DNA of 64,000 nucleotides. It comes from Eledone cirrhosa. Lineage: Eukaryota. The position numbers and the translations under genes were made by a program. Each line of letters opens with the position of its first letter. Positions within the stretch are counted from its first letter, which is position 1. Shown here one piece after another: positions 12,599-27,900 of this stretch. The stretch is taken from contig OZ024750.1 of assembly GCA_964016885.1 (NCBI GenBank), forward strand, positions 37,076,001 through 37,140,000, given 5' to 3'. Below the pieces are notes generated by a model that worked only from the letters and a program-made list of their open reading frames with translations, did no database searches and was not told the DNA's origin.

Positions 12599-15500
12599 AA
12601 GTATGACCCCGACGGCACAGCTCAAGTGTTTCGACGGCTATTTCAGAAATAGCCGTCGAAACGGCTTGAGCTCTGCCGTTGGGGTCATACTTTTTCCTAT
12701 TTCCCACTCTACTACCGTAAGTATTGAGTACTCTGGTGCGTTATGGTCCATCTGGTTCCTTACCAAAATTCCTTCGTTATATATATATATATATTTATAT
12801 ATAAACGAACTAGAGAAGAAATTCCAAACGTGGAAGCACGGCCTAGAATCAAAAGGCCTTAAAATTAACCTGGCTAAGACTAAAGTTCTAGTTTGTAGGA
12901 AAGAAAATAAGGTGGCGGTCCCATCGGGGAAATGGCCATGCTCAGTGTGTAGGAAAGGCGTAGGTAGAAACTCCATTTTATGTCCCAAATGCAAAGTATG
13001 GGTGCATAAAAGATGTAGTGGGATCACAGGTAAGCTAACTAAGAACATAGATTTTACATGTGGCCGGTGCTCTGGTGCAATAAGTAGCAGCAAGTGCCCA
13101 CAAATACTAGCTCCTTCAACTGCGCAGAGGGTTCTATAGAAATAGTGGACAGCTTCCGTTATCTGGGTGACAAAATCAGCAGTGGGGGAGGGTGCTCTGA
13201 AAGTACAGTAGCTAGAGTCAGAACTGGATGGAAAAAGTTCAGAGAGCTTATACCACTATTAGCCGCTAGAGGGTTCTCCCTAAAAATGAAAGGCAGGTTA
13301 TACGATGCCTGCATACGAACAGCAATGCTGCATGGCAGTGAGACCTGGGCATTGTGTGCAGAGGATATACGCAGACTAGAGAGGAACGAAGCTTGCATGC
13401 TCCGCTGGATGTGCAATAGTAATATACGTGAACGGCAAAGCATAAACGAATCTAAGGAAAAAATTAGAAATAAGAGGGATCAGATGTTGTTTACTCGAGA
13501 GAAGGCTACGTTGGTACGGTCACGTGATGCGCATGAAAGACGACAGCTGTATAACAAAGTGCAGGGCAATAAAGATAGACGGTAGCCACGGAGTAGGCAG
13601 ACCCAGAAAAACATGGGACGAGCTGATAAATTCCGACCTCACACGCTTACACCTCTCCAAGACAATGTCACTGGACCGAGACCTTTGGCGGTACTCAGTA
13701 ATAGAGAAGACCCGCCTTACCTAAATACAAAGTAAAAACCTACTACAGTCAGTAGGCATCTCTATCAAAACACACCCCCGTCCCACCACCTCCACCCCAC
13801 CCACACCGCCCCTTTCAATGTAAAGTTATGTTGGTCCCACAACATCCAGGCCGAAACAAATGAGATCGTGTAGGTGTCACGACAAAAAAACACACAGTCC
13901 ACGCTGTAAATGTGGCCGTGTAGGCAACACGGTAAAAACCTCCCAGCCCCACACTGTAAATGTGGTTGGTGTTAGGAAGGGCATCCAGCTGTAGAAAACC
14001 CGCCAGACAGTCCACGCTGTAATGTGGCCGTGTAGGCAACACGGTAAAAACCTCCCAGCCCCACACTGTAAATGTGGTTGGTGTTAGGAAGGGCATCCAA
14101 CTGTAGAAAACCCGCCAGACAGTCCTATGCGAGCAAGACAACCACTCTTGCCTCAAGTGGGAAAACCCCCGTCCAAACCCATGCAAGCGTGGAACACGGA
14201 CGCTAAACCTGATGATGATGATGATGATGATGATTGTTGACATAGAACTCTTTGTTTTCTTTTGTAGAAAATTGATTCATCTTTACCATATATGGTAGAG
14301 AAAACATCGACTTATGGGGCCCTTGATTTGGGAGGAGCTTCTACACAAATGACGTTTGTGCCAGCTGTTGATGTAAAGATGCCTGCTGATTTCTCTTTAA
14401 CATTTGAACTATACGGTCATCCCATGACAGTGTATACTCATAGTTACCTTTGCTATGGTATTATTGAAATTATTCGTAAATACAAAGCCAAATTAGTATT
14501 GGTGAGTAGCAACAGTTTCACACTTGTGACTATATTTTTAACATTTATATTTCAATCAATTGTGAAAATTATCATAGATTTAAAGGGATTTAGGAAAATA
14601 ACTTGATCAATTGATCAACAAGATTCCCATGAATTACTGGTATAATCCAGCCAATAAACTTCTGCACAGTTTCTATTTATCTGGTTTCATATGACTGGGG
14701 TTGACCCTAAATCTATGATAAAAGATGTATGTATGCATGGTCCCCTAACTCCTGAGGGAGCTGTAAGGGTGCCATATTGAGATACATTGTTTCTAGGACA
14801 TTTTAAAACCTGGTGGAGCCCATCTCCTCTCTACGTCTGAACACACAGCAGATTTCTTCCAGAGAAGGATAGTGAGAGTGAGAGTGAGGGTGAGAGTGAG
14901 AGAATGGAAGTGAGAAAGAGACTGGGAAGAACAATCAACTCCCAGTCCTTGACTGGGAGTTTTTTTATCAATCTTGAGTGGATGAAAGTTAAAATTGACC
15001 ACTGCAGGATTTGAACTCAGAGATCAGAGAACCAAACCTAATAACACAAAGCATTCTATTGACTCTGCCAATTCACTGCCTATGGTAAAAGATACGCCAA
15101 ATACCACATAGTGACACCCAATGCAGCATTGATTGTAAAATAAACTTTTTAATTATTTGGCTATATTAATGAATTATGTTAATTGTCTATTCCAGTTCAA
15201 GTTTCAGGTATCATATTTACCACACAACATCAATTTTTTTGTTTTTTAATTATATCTTTATTAACAGTATCATTCTGACATTAATTTTATTAAGTTTACC
15301 ATTTTACTGGTTTTCTCCACAGGACCAATCAAAAAATTCTTCTTTAGTACTAAAAACTATCTATAATCCTTGTATGTTGAATGGAAGTACTGCTGAAGAT
15401 AACAAAACCAATCTATTTCAACATCCTTGTGCTTATGTGCTTCCAGGTATAAAGGTATACATAGATTTCTTTCTAGATCTTTCTTCACTAAACATTACCA

Positions 15501-18500
15501 TATCCCGTTGAGGTTAACTTTGCCTTTCATCCTTATTGGGTCAATAAAATAAAATACCAGTAATGTACTGGGTAATTTGCTGGCCTTGTGCCAAAAGTAG
15601 AAACAATTATATTATAAATTTCCATGTGTCTAACACACGTGGACATGCCCACAAAGTAAGAAAACAGCACAGTTCCCATGACTTTTGGAAACATTTTTTC
15701 ACGCTCAGAGTTGCTGAAGCATGGAACAAACTACCTGCATCAGTTGTTAGCTGTCGAGACACTGCATCCTTTAAGGCCTCCATGCTTCCCGAGATCCGCC
15801 AACAGAACAGCTAACACATACACACATGTACTTCCCTGACATTTGTGTATTATTCTATGTACTATATTGACGAGTTGTAGTGCACCTGAGCACTTTACAC
15901 AATAATTTCATTATTATTATTATTATTATTATTATAATAGAGCTGTATATGTCTTCATATATATCTCTATTATGAATCAGACTATGTTAGTGTTACAAGG
16001 GTGGACTGAACAGTTCATAGGCTGACTATGAAGGGGTGATGCTAACACTGTGAAATTTTAGATGCATTAATTTCAACTCTTCTTATTAATAACTGTATTG
16101 TTTCTTTATAGGGACTATGTTGAAAAATAAACCTCATTTAGTCATTCCATGAGAGTATTTTGGTCAGCCTATGAACTTTTGGCTAAACAGTTCATAGGCT
16201 GACTATGACGGAGTGATGTTAGAGCTGTGAAATCTTGCATACATTAGTTTCAGCTCTTCTTATTAATAACTGCATTGTTTCTATGTTGAAAAATATACTT
16301 CATTTGGTCATTCCATGAGAGTATCTTGGTCAGAGTATGAACTTTTCAGCCGATGCTCATACTCTCTAATTACTGTTACATATATCATTTCAAAATGTCT
16401 CTTTGTATTCAATCATTGTTTTCCACTGTTCAAAGTTCAAATCCTCTAAGGTCCAACTCTGTTAAATTGATAAAATAAGTCCCTGTAAAACATGAGAACC
16501 AATTTACTTGACTAATTGTGTGTATATCTGTTGACATCTCATCACTATCATGACATTCATTTCATCATCATCATCATTTCATTTTACGTCCGCTTTTTCC
16601 CTGCTTGCAAGAGTGGGACGGGAACTGATTCTGGCTTGATTTCTACAGCTGGATGCCCTTCCTAACACCAACCTCATTTCCAGTGAGTGCTGGGTGCTTT
16701 TTTGCTGTGGCACCTCAACGACCACTTTGCAGTGGAATGATAGGGACCTCAGTCCCTATCATCTCATTTCTACAGCTGAGTAAACTGGAGCAATGTGAAA
16801 TAAAGTGTCTTGCTCAAGGAAACAACACATCACCCAGTCTGAGAATTGAACTCACAACCTTTTGATTGCAAGGCCAATGCTCTAACCACTAAGCCATGTG
16901 CCTGACATTATGTTTACTCAAGAAAGTGTTTAACTATAAGTTTGAAAGCAGAGGCAACAGAGAGGAGCTTCAGCTAGATCCTCACTACAAAATCTCCATA
17001 TGGTGTAAATACACAAGTCTCCGATATCCGAATGGTTAAATGGCAATAGAAGGGTACTCAGGAATCATGACCTGAATGCTGCCCGGCCTCCTTAGAGTGT
17101 AAGATGTTAAGGTTTGAAACACTTGCTTGAGGGGGGAGGGGTTCTTCTCTGACGACCTTCTGCTGTTCAACTCTCCTGAGAGTTTCTCACTTTAATAATT
17201 ATATTTCTTTATTTTATATATTTTAGCTTGCTGATTCGTATACCTTTATTGGTACTGGTGACTTTGAAATGTGTCAAAATACTACTGAAGGGTTGTTTAA
17301 CTTCACTGAGTGTCCTTATGGAAATAATTGCTCCTTTAACAAGGTTTATCAACCCTCAATCAAAGATAAAGATTTTTATGTAAGTTATTATGGTTTCTAT
17401 TTAAGCCTTTAGCATTTAAACCAGCCATATCCGGCCAGGATTCTCTCACCTCTTTCTGTTCAAACTGGCTGTAACTGGCCACTCTTACTGATGTTAAGGT
17501 ATTGTTCTTAAAATAAATAATATCAAGATCTTATAGGTTCAATATTATGTGAGATAAAGTGTTTACTGTGAAAATACAATAATATATATATAGAGTAATG
17601 TAAATGTTATGTGAGATATGTGAGGTAAAGACTTTACTGTGAAAATACAATAGTATATATAGAGTAATGTAAATGTTATGTGAGATATTATGTGAGGTAA
17701 AGCCTTTACTGTGAAAATACAATAATATATATAGAGTAATGTAAATGTTTTGAGAGATATTATGTGAGATAAAGCCTTTACTGTGAAAATACAATAGTAT
17801 ATATAGAGTAATGTAAATGTTATATAATAATAATAATGAAATTATTGTGTAAAGTGCTCAGGTGCACTACAACTCGTCAATATAGTACATAGAATAATAC
17901 ACAAATGTCAGGGAAGTACATGTTTGTATGTGTTAGCTGTAGTGTTGGCGGATCTCGGGTGAGATATTATGTGAGGTAAAGCCTTTACTGTGAAAATACA
18001 ATAGTATATATAGAGTAATGTAAATGGTAAAGGGTTAAATTTCATTTATGTTGTTGGCTTATGGAATAGATTTACTTGTATTTTATTGTAATATATATAG
18101 CTATACAGACTATAGAAAAGATGGTGGAATGGCTCAATTTGGGTTTAACTTATTAAAGAATCAAGGATATATATATATATATATTTTTATCATCATCATT
18201 ATCATCATTTTACGTCTACTTTTCCTGTCTTGCAAGGGTGGAATGGGTCCTATATTTAGCACAACACCTCTCCATTTGTCACAGTCCTTCATCATCTTTG
18301 TAAGCTTCAGCGATCTGAGGTCAGCTCTTACTACCTCTGCCCATGTTTTTCGTGGTCTTCCTTTACTGCGTCTTCCTTCTACCAGGATTTCTTGGCACTT
18401 CTTCAGCCAGTGGTCATCTTCCATGAGCATCACATGTCCATACCAATGCAGTCTTCTCTCTCGCACACTACAGTTTATCCCTCTTATACACAGTTTCACT

Positions 18501-19259
18501 CTCAACTTGTCCATGCTTGTTTGTTCATGCACATTGACATTGCACATCTATGGGAGCATGCTTCACATATCCTCCACAGTTGCTGCCCATGTCTCACTCC
18601 TATGCAGCATCGTGCATCCCACACAGGCATCATACACCTGACCTTTCGTTCGTAGAAAGAAACACTTTGTTGTCAACAGAGGAAGCAGCTCCCTAAACTT
18701 CTTCCATCCTGTCCTTATTCTAGATACTATGGCCTTTGAGAATCCTCCTCCATTGCTAATCTGATTACCTAGGTATCGGAAGCTATCAACCACCTCTATA
18801 GATACTACCTGCATTTGAAAAATGTACCTATCACTGACACTTCTACTATCAATTTTCCCTGAACATCTACTGCATATGTAGTTTTCCCTTCCTGTTAGTT
18901 TGCCTGCTATCCCACTACACCTCTTGTGTACCCAAGATCTGCATTGTGTACATTCTATAAAGTTCATGCCAACTCCCTTTCTACATATCGAGCATGGCCA
19001 TTTCCCTGTTAGAATCAGAGTTTTGTCCTCTTTCCTACTTTTTAGTCTTAGCTAGGTTCACTCTCAGTCCTCTTGATTCCAACTGCTGTTTCCACACCTG
19101 TAATTTAATCTCTAGCTCCTCCACTGATTCTGCTATAAGTACCAGATCGTCAGCATAGAGAAGTTCCCATGGGCAGCCAGTTTTAAAGTCCTCTGTTATG
19201 GCTTGCAGTACTATAATGAACAAGAGTGGGCTGAGGATCGAACCCTGATGAACTCCTAC

Positions 19260-19293
<34 letters not shown>

Positions 19294-21847
19294 TATTGTT
19301 ATATTTGGGGAGGGTCATATTTGCGTAATATTGCCAGGCGTCTAACAATGGCATACCACCCTTGTATGGGCTCCGCAAAGACCACAAGACAGTCGACGAC
19401 CCGACAACAGGACCACCAACAAGACCCGTATGCGGAGCTAATATAGCTAGCAACTACAGGATCTCCTACTTCCTCTCAATGGTTATACGCCCCATAATCA
19501 AGATGTCCCCAGATGTATGTGAAAGTACAGAGGACCTCCTCAGCAGAATCAGTGAGTGCAACAAAAACAGGAGCCTATCCAACTGCATAATAGGCAGCAT
19601 GGATGTGGTGTCACTGTACCCATCCATTAACATTGATTTTGCTGTGAAAAGATGTGTAGAGATGATCATTGAGAGTGAGGTGGAGTTCTGCGACGTCGAC
19701 ACAGACGAACTGGGCCTCCTACTTAGACTTACCTACGACACTGACTACCTAGACAGCCATGACCTTAGATGTTTCTGCCCTAGTAGACCTATAAGAGGTA
19801 GACCCCCCACCATAACCTCAATGGCTAAAAAGACTCCCATAGGAAGGTGGATTGGGTGGACCAAAGCTATACGGACCCCCCAAAACACTGATCAGGTAAG
19901 AAAAATGGTCGCACATGCAATAGGGGCTAGTATCAAAACTACCCTAAAGGGCCACATATTTAAGTTCAATGAGAAAATCTACACCCAAAATGAGGGAGCA
20001 GCCATCGGCGTCAGCATAGCTGGTGATGTTGCCAACCTTTTCATGGTATGGTGGGAAAGGAGACTTAAAGATCTCCTTAATGAAAGCTCCATAGACCTCA
20101 TCATGTACTCTCGTTATGTAGACGATATCAATATAGTTATAAGAACACCCCCACTAGAGAGCACTAACAAGTTTGATTTAGAACGTAGCACGATGGAAAG
20201 CATCCAGCAGATAGCTAATTCCATACACCAGAGTATAACTGTAACTATAGACTTCCCTTCCAAACACCCTAACAATAGACTACCTGTATTAGACACAGAA
20301 CTCTGGATTAACACTATAGACGAGAGAGCCCAAATTCTCCACTCACACTATGCTAAACCCATGGCCTCCAAATACCTGATACTCAAAAACTCAGCAATGT
20401 CCAGTAGTGCTAAGTTTAATATTCTGATCGCAGATTTGGTACGAGTGATGAAGAATGTGTCCAGCATGTGCGACCCAACAGAAATGGAAGGACACATCCA
20501 ACACTTCATCAACCGCATGCAGTTCTCTGGCTACAACCAAAGAGACAGAGTCAGAGTATACGAAGGAGCCATGGAAAAGTATAAGACCCTCATAGAACTG
20601 GACATGAAAGGAATTTGCCCACTATACAGGAGCAAATCATGGAATAGCTTAGATAGGGCTAGACATAAGATAGGGAAGGCCACATCATGGTACGACAACC
20701 AGAGATATCAGAGTGTCATGTTTGTGGACGCCACCCCTGGAGGGAAATTAGCTAACCAGTGTAGAAAGGCCCTGAGAAAGACCCACTTAAAAATAAAGGT
20801 GGTAGAAAAGCCAGGAACCACCATAAAATCCCTGATCAGCAAAACCTACCCTTTTAAGAAAACCCACTGTACCAATAGGAAATGTATCATATGTAAGGTG
20901 AACCCCCGGATAAACTGTAAAACTAGAAACGTAGTCTATAGCATAAGATGTACAGAGGGTACTTGCAGAAACATGACAACAACATACATAGGTGAGACAG
21001 CTCGTAGCATGGGTGAAAGGATAGACCAACACTGGGGGGAACTAAAAGGACGAAAAAACGGGTCAGTACTATACGAACATGCTAGACAACAACATGACGG
21101 TAACATAGACAACATAGAAATTAGAATAATATCTAAACATAGGAATGACCCAGCAGATAGGCAAATCAGAGAGGCCAGTGAAATAGAAATTAGAAGACCA
21201 AAGCTAAACAGAGAGAATGAGTGGAACAACAACAACACCCAAACAAACAACACTGACCTAAGAGAAGTATAAATAAGTAAATAAAATAAAATAAAATAAG
21301 ATAAATAAATACATACACAAGCGCATAAACACACACTAGTCACCCAGCAGACACAACACTATACACACTAGTCACACATCACACATAACACTATACGCAA
21401 ACGCATGCGCAAAGAAGACAAAATAAAATAAGATAAACAAACAAGCAAATAAATAAATAAATATATAGACAGACTGAACAAAAAAAAATGGCGTAGACAT
21501 ACAACACAGGAGGAACAATGAATATAACACCACTGACGATGTTGCAGATGTGCAACGAAAGATTTATGTAAATTATGTAAACTAAATTATATATATGTGT
21601 TCGTGTCTATATTGTATCTATTATTTTTGACCGCCGGTCAGTCAATGGCAACATTAAGGACCGAGTAAGTTAGATCGCAGATATATATATATAAAAGACA
21701 GCGAGAAGCGAAAACCAACCAAACAGTGAGTGTGTTCTGTTATTAATTCTGGCAATATTACGCAAATATGACCCTCCCCAAATATAACAATATCTGTTTC
21801 GACACACGATTTCATATAAAAAACCTCGCAAAACTAATTCATCGCCG

Positions 21848-21916
<69 letters not shown>

Positions 21917-24900
21917 TACATTAGCAAGAATTTTAAGAATACTTTACTAAGTTTCCTCCAGTGATTAACCATTTACCATTTAAACCAACCATATCCGGCC
22001 AGAATTCTCTCACTTCTTTCTGTTCAAGCTGGCTGTAACCAGCCTCTCATACTGATGTTAGGGTATTGTTCTCAAAATAGATATCAAAACCTCATAGATT
22101 TGATAGTTTGTAAGATAATTATGTGAGGGTAAAGCCTTTACTGTGAAAATATAATAATAATCTCCCGATAGATAGACGTTAAACGATGATGATGATGAAT
22201 TATAATAGTATCTATAATGTAAATGCTAAAGTGTTAAACATATTTCTCTACCTTACGATATCTTAGTCATTGAAACATTCTCACAATTCCTAACTCAGAA
22301 GAATGAAAGTAGTTAAAGGTAGGATTTAATACAAGAATGTTGAGGTGGATATGGAAGGTGTATATGTAATACATCCTCGCCACCACCATCACCACCACCA
22401 ACACACCACTACTATTACCACCAACACACCACTACTATTACCACCAACACACCACTACTATTACCACCATACCACCAAAACATCACCACTCTACTACCAA
22501 CACACTTTTACTACTGCTACTAACAACACACCACTACTACTACTACCACCAACACATCACCTTGACACACAACCGCCATCACCAACACACCACTACTACT
22601 ACTACCAGTATCACCACCACCACCACCACAATACCAACACTCCACCATTACCACTGCACACCACCACACAACCACCACCACCACAATACCAACACTCCAC
22701 CATTACCACTGCACACCACCACACAACCACCACCACCACAATACCAACACTCCACCATTACCACTGCACACCACCACACAACCACCACCACCACAATACC
22801 AACACTCCACCATTACCACTACACACCACCACACAACCACCACCACCACAATACCAACACTCCACCATTACCACTACACACCACCACACAACCACCACCA
22901 CCACAATACCAACACTCCACCATTACCACTACACACCACCACACAACCACCACCACCACAATACCAACACTCCACCATTACCACTACACACCACCACACA
23001 ACCACCACAATACCAACACTCCACCATTACGACTACACACCACCACACAACCACCACCACCACACCCAACACCACCACCACCACAATACCAACACTCCAC
23101 CATTACCACTACACACCACCACACAACCACCACCACCACCACCACCACAATACCAACACTCCACCATTACCACAACCACCACCACACCCAACATCCCTAC
23201 CACCCCACCACCAACATTACCCCCTCCCCCCTCACACACCACTACTACTACTACCACCACCACTCAATTATAAAGAGTCGGGAGCCCGACGGCTGAGCTG
23301 TTGCCATTTCAACAGCTAGTCTGGAACTAACTGTTGAAATGGCAAGAGCTCAGCCATTGGGGTCCTGACTCTTTATAATATAGCCATACTCTACTACCCC
23401 CAAGTATTGAGTACTCTGTTGAGTAATGTTCTAACTAGTTTTAAACTGGTTCTATCACTATATATATTGCAGGCATTTTCTACCTATTATTACATTGTAA
23501 ACTTCCTCAATTTGACGTTGAATGGTGATACATTTAGTCTGGAGGAGTACAGCAATGCAACGGAAAATTGGTGCCGGTTACCTTGGAGTGAAGTAAGTTT
23601 TTGTACATTCTATCCAGTTCTTTCATTGGTAACCACATTGCAGTTTCTAAACCAATTAATTAATTTTTTTATTTTTTTTAGATTTTGTTTGGAGTAACAT
23701 TACTTGATAAAGTGTGTAACATTACCTGATAAAGTGTGTAACATTACCTGATAAAGTGTGTAACATTACTTGATAAAGTGTGTAACATTACTTGATAAAG
23801 TGTGTAACATTACTTGATAAAGTGTGTAACATTACTTGATAAAGTGTGTCACATTACCTGATAAAGTGTGTAACATTACTTGATAAAGTGTGTAACATTA
23901 CTTGATAAAGTGTGTAACATTACTTGATAAAGTGTGTAACATTACCTGATAAAGTGTGTAACATTACTTGATAAAGTGTGTAACATTACTTGATAAAGTG
24001 TGTAACATTACTTGATAAGGTGTGTAACATTACTTGATAAAGTGTGTAACATTACTTGATAAAGTGTGTAACTCAGAGATTAAAGAGTCACTTCCAGGTA
24101 GAGCCGCTACTTCTCTCAATTGAGAGATCACAGCTCTGATACTATGGGCATATGGTTAGAATGTCTCAGGAAAGAATTGCCGGACAGATTATTACGGGCA
24201 AAACCAACCGGGAAAGAGGCCCGGGGGTAAACTGAGCAAGATGTTTGGATAGCCTTCATGAGCTTGACTGGTCATGCTTGGGGATCTAGCTGGATCAGGA
24301 TCAGTTGGAGAAAGTTGCTTCTGATAGGACCCACTCAGGAATAAGTGGGTGAAGAAGATTTTGTTTGAATAATATTTTATAGAATCAGTTTTTACAGCCT
24401 AAGCAGAGCCATATGTCTTGGAAATAATTAATTGAAAGCTTAGAATCAACCATAGATCTTACACATTATGTCCATATATGGCCATAGGGAAATATATATA
24501 TATAGACATATGTATATAGATGTGTTGTTTCACCACCACGTTTCCATGTTTGAGACTGCTTGGAACCAGTTATATCACAACTCATTTCTATGCTCTATGA
24601 ATCAAACTCGCAACCTCACAATTCCGGGCCCAATGCTCTAACCACTAAGCCATGCCCATATATATAGAAGAAGTTCAGGGAGCTACTGCCACTACTAGCT
24701 GCAAAAGGCTTTTCCCTCAAAATGAAAAGCAGACTGTATGATACGTGTATACGAACAGCAATGTTACATGGTAGTGAGACCTGGGTGCCGTCTGTGGAAG
24801 ACTTACGTAGATTAGAAAGAAACGAAGCCTTCATGCTCCAATGGATCTGTAATAGTAATATATGCGAACGGCAAAGCATAAATGAATTGAGAGAGAGACT

Positions 24901-27900
24901 GAGCATAAGAGGAATCAAATGCTGTGTAAGGAGAGGCAGTTGCGTTGGTATGGACACGTGATGCGTATGAAGGATGACAGCTGCATAAAAAGGTGCAGAG
25001 CAGTAGAAGTCGATGGAAACCGCGGAGTGGGGAGACCCAAGAAGACCTGGGATGAGGTGATAAAAGCCGACCTTACCCAATTACACCTCTCAAAGGCGAT
25101 GACACACGACTTTGACCTCTGGCATCACACAGTAATACAGAAGACCCGACAGCATATAGACAATATGCCCCCACCCCCTCCCACTGCAAAGTGGTCGTGG
25201 AGGTGCCACGGCAAAAAGCACCCAGCCCACACTGTAAAGTGGACGTGTAGGCGCCACGGAAAAAAAGCACCCAGCACTCACTGTAAATGAGGTTGGTGTT
25301 AGAAATATATATATATATATAAAGAAAAAAGATGAAATTTCATTTCATTTACATGTATTTAGTTACTTACTGTGTATTGCCCAGTTATGCACGTTTCGCA
25401 GAGTTTGGCTCAGAAGAAACACTATATTTTTTGTAGTATCGCCAGTCGGAAGAGTAGATCGGTAATGGAGTTGGGTCCATAACTTCTATGGGTGCACCTG
25501 GACCAATCCTCTGTGAAACACGCATAATAGGTTGATACACAATAAACAACTAAATACATGTAAACAAAACTTCATAATTTTTCTTAATATATACACTCAG
25601 TCTGTGCATCGAGTGCTCATTTTTGTACTACCACCAGCAATTCACTGATGCACATACACTATATACATATTTGTATAGGAAAATGAAGTTGAAAATGCAA
25701 TTGGCATCTTTAAAAAGATTTCATCATCCTCAACATCATTTTATATCCATTCTTCCACACTAGCATGTGTTACACAGGTGTCCTGTTGTGGGCAATGCCA
25801 GATCAAGTGACCATATCATGTTCATACAAAACCTATCCTTAAATTCATCTGGCAATCCAGATTGGGATGCATAAGCTGATATAATTGTAGCAATTGTTTT
25901 ATTCAGGACTAGTCTGAATTTAATGATTCTTGCGTTCACTCTGTTCACTGAGATTACCTTATCTACCCATTTGTCAGCTAATAGTATACCTACACCACCC
26001 AACCCGTTGTCATTTCCCACCCAGAAAAATTTGTAACACTGTTTTTTGCCTACAAGGACTCTAGCGGACTCTCCTCTCCATCTAGTCTCTTGCACACAGC
26101 ATACATCAATTTCCTTTTGCTCCAACATCTCTACAATTTCTCCTGCTTACAATGATGGTGCCAACTCGGAGTTTAGGGCATTTGCCATCACTGGTGGGAA
26201 AGGGTGAATTTTTGCGGTGAAGTGTATGTGCTCTGTCTCTGAATTAAAGCTTTGCATGGACGTTTGGTAACTCGTGGATTCATATTCATTTATTTATTTA
26301 TTCGGGGTTGGTCCATCATCCTCAGCTCATCCATAGATAACGATAAACAAGAATTTCTTTAGGGCAGGGATAGAAAAGACGGTAGTAGTAATGGCAGAAT
26401 TTGTTGGTGCAGGTAATGGGTGAGGATATGTTGCTGTGGTTTGATTGGAAAATGGGAGATAGGTAGCCATCATGGTGTATATGGTCGCGGAAGATTCGAG
26501 AGAAATAAGCAGATACAAGTAGGCATATTTGACAAGGTGAATGTGCAAGAATTTCAAAGACAGTCACCAACTAAATGATAGATTGATTGTGATGAGTTCC
26601 AATATGTAGAGTTGGAGAGAAAGTTGGGGAGAATATACAGCGTGGTTAATTTAGAAAATAGCCGAAATATACATTGGGAAAAATAAGCAAATAAGAATGT
26701 ATACAGAACATTTTCAGAATGTGGAAAAAATATAGCTGTAGAAACGAAATTAAGTTGGAATCTTTTACAAATCCATAGAGGAAAGTCAAAAGCCATTTAT
26801 ATTTGTATGTAACACCGAAATTTACAATAACTTTACTGGTTTCCCATTTGGATGATTTTCAAAAGTTAAGTGAGATGGAGAGATGTGTGGCTTGGTGACA
26901 CAACATAAAAGCACCCAGTCCACCTTGTAGTGTGGCTATGCTGGTGGAATGACTAAAAGTACCTAGTCCACAGTGTAAGATGGTACCATGGTGAAAACGC
27001 ATTGCATCCATTCCATTAGATAATTCTTTTGATGCCATTTTAAAAAGCACCCTGTCCACACTTATGTCGTTGGCATTAGGAAGGGCATCCAGCCATAGAT
27101 ACCCATTTGGAAACAGATCCATAGGACTTATTCACCTGACCTGCCCCGTCTTATAACTTGACAACATATCTATCACATACCAGCATTGAAAATGGATGTT
27201 AAATGTTGATGATAATGATGAATACATATTTATATTACAGAAGACTTATACAACTCTAACACAAAAAAAAAAAAACATTTGTTATAGTTTATTTGCTTTT
27301 TGTATTGTTTTGTAGAAGTAACTTAACCATTTAGCATTCACATTACTCTATATATACTATTATATTTTCTATGGTAAAGGCTTTATCTCACATAATATCG
27401 AATCTATGAGATTTTGAAAGTATTTATTTTGAGAACAATACCATAACATCAGTTTGAGCGACCAGTTACAGCCAGTTTCAACAGAAAGAGGTAGAGAATT
27501 CTGGCCAGTTTTGGTCGGTTTGAACACTAAAGGGTTAAACATGGTAGGAGAATTTTAAAGGCAAATTTGATTATTCTATTTCATTAAATATCCTTTGTTG
27601 GTTGAAGATTTATCACATGTTGTTCTAACAATAATATTGCAAGTATAACACCATTAAATGTAATCTTAACCCTTTAGCATTTACCCATCAATAATGATGA
27701 TGATGATGATGATGATTACTCTTTATTTACTATTGTATTTTTATAGTAATGGTTTTATCTTACATAATTATCTCACATTATATCAAATTATATTGGTGGA
27801 TTGGCAGTATCGGTAGAGGGTCGGACGCCATGCTTTCCAGCATAGTTACGTCCCTTTACGATCTGAGTTCAAATCCCGCCGAGGTTGACTTTGCCTTTCA

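Larger units (their letters stand above)
19293..21848 (+). mobile_element. Penelope-like retroelement (Neptune-like by inference), 5'-truncated, with an inverted copy of its 3' sequence at the 5' end
   Basis: RT+GIY-YIG ORF. 19293-19337 is the exact reverse complement of 21749-21793. Both ends abut (TA)n. Confidence 0.92.

Noticed and set aside
15447-15452. Alternative donor CAG|GTATAA for exon 6
   Set aside because: Phase 1 would frameshift exon 7. The donor at 15455 keeps the frame.
22345-23319. His/Thr/Pro-rich ORFs (also Pro/Gly-rich ORFs at 7716-8310)
   Set aside because: Low-complexity repeats open in several frames, inside introns of the NTPDase gene.
26322-26800. Short overlapping minus-strand ORFs
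   Set aside because: No recognisable motif or splice pattern. Possibly an old TE relic but unsupported.
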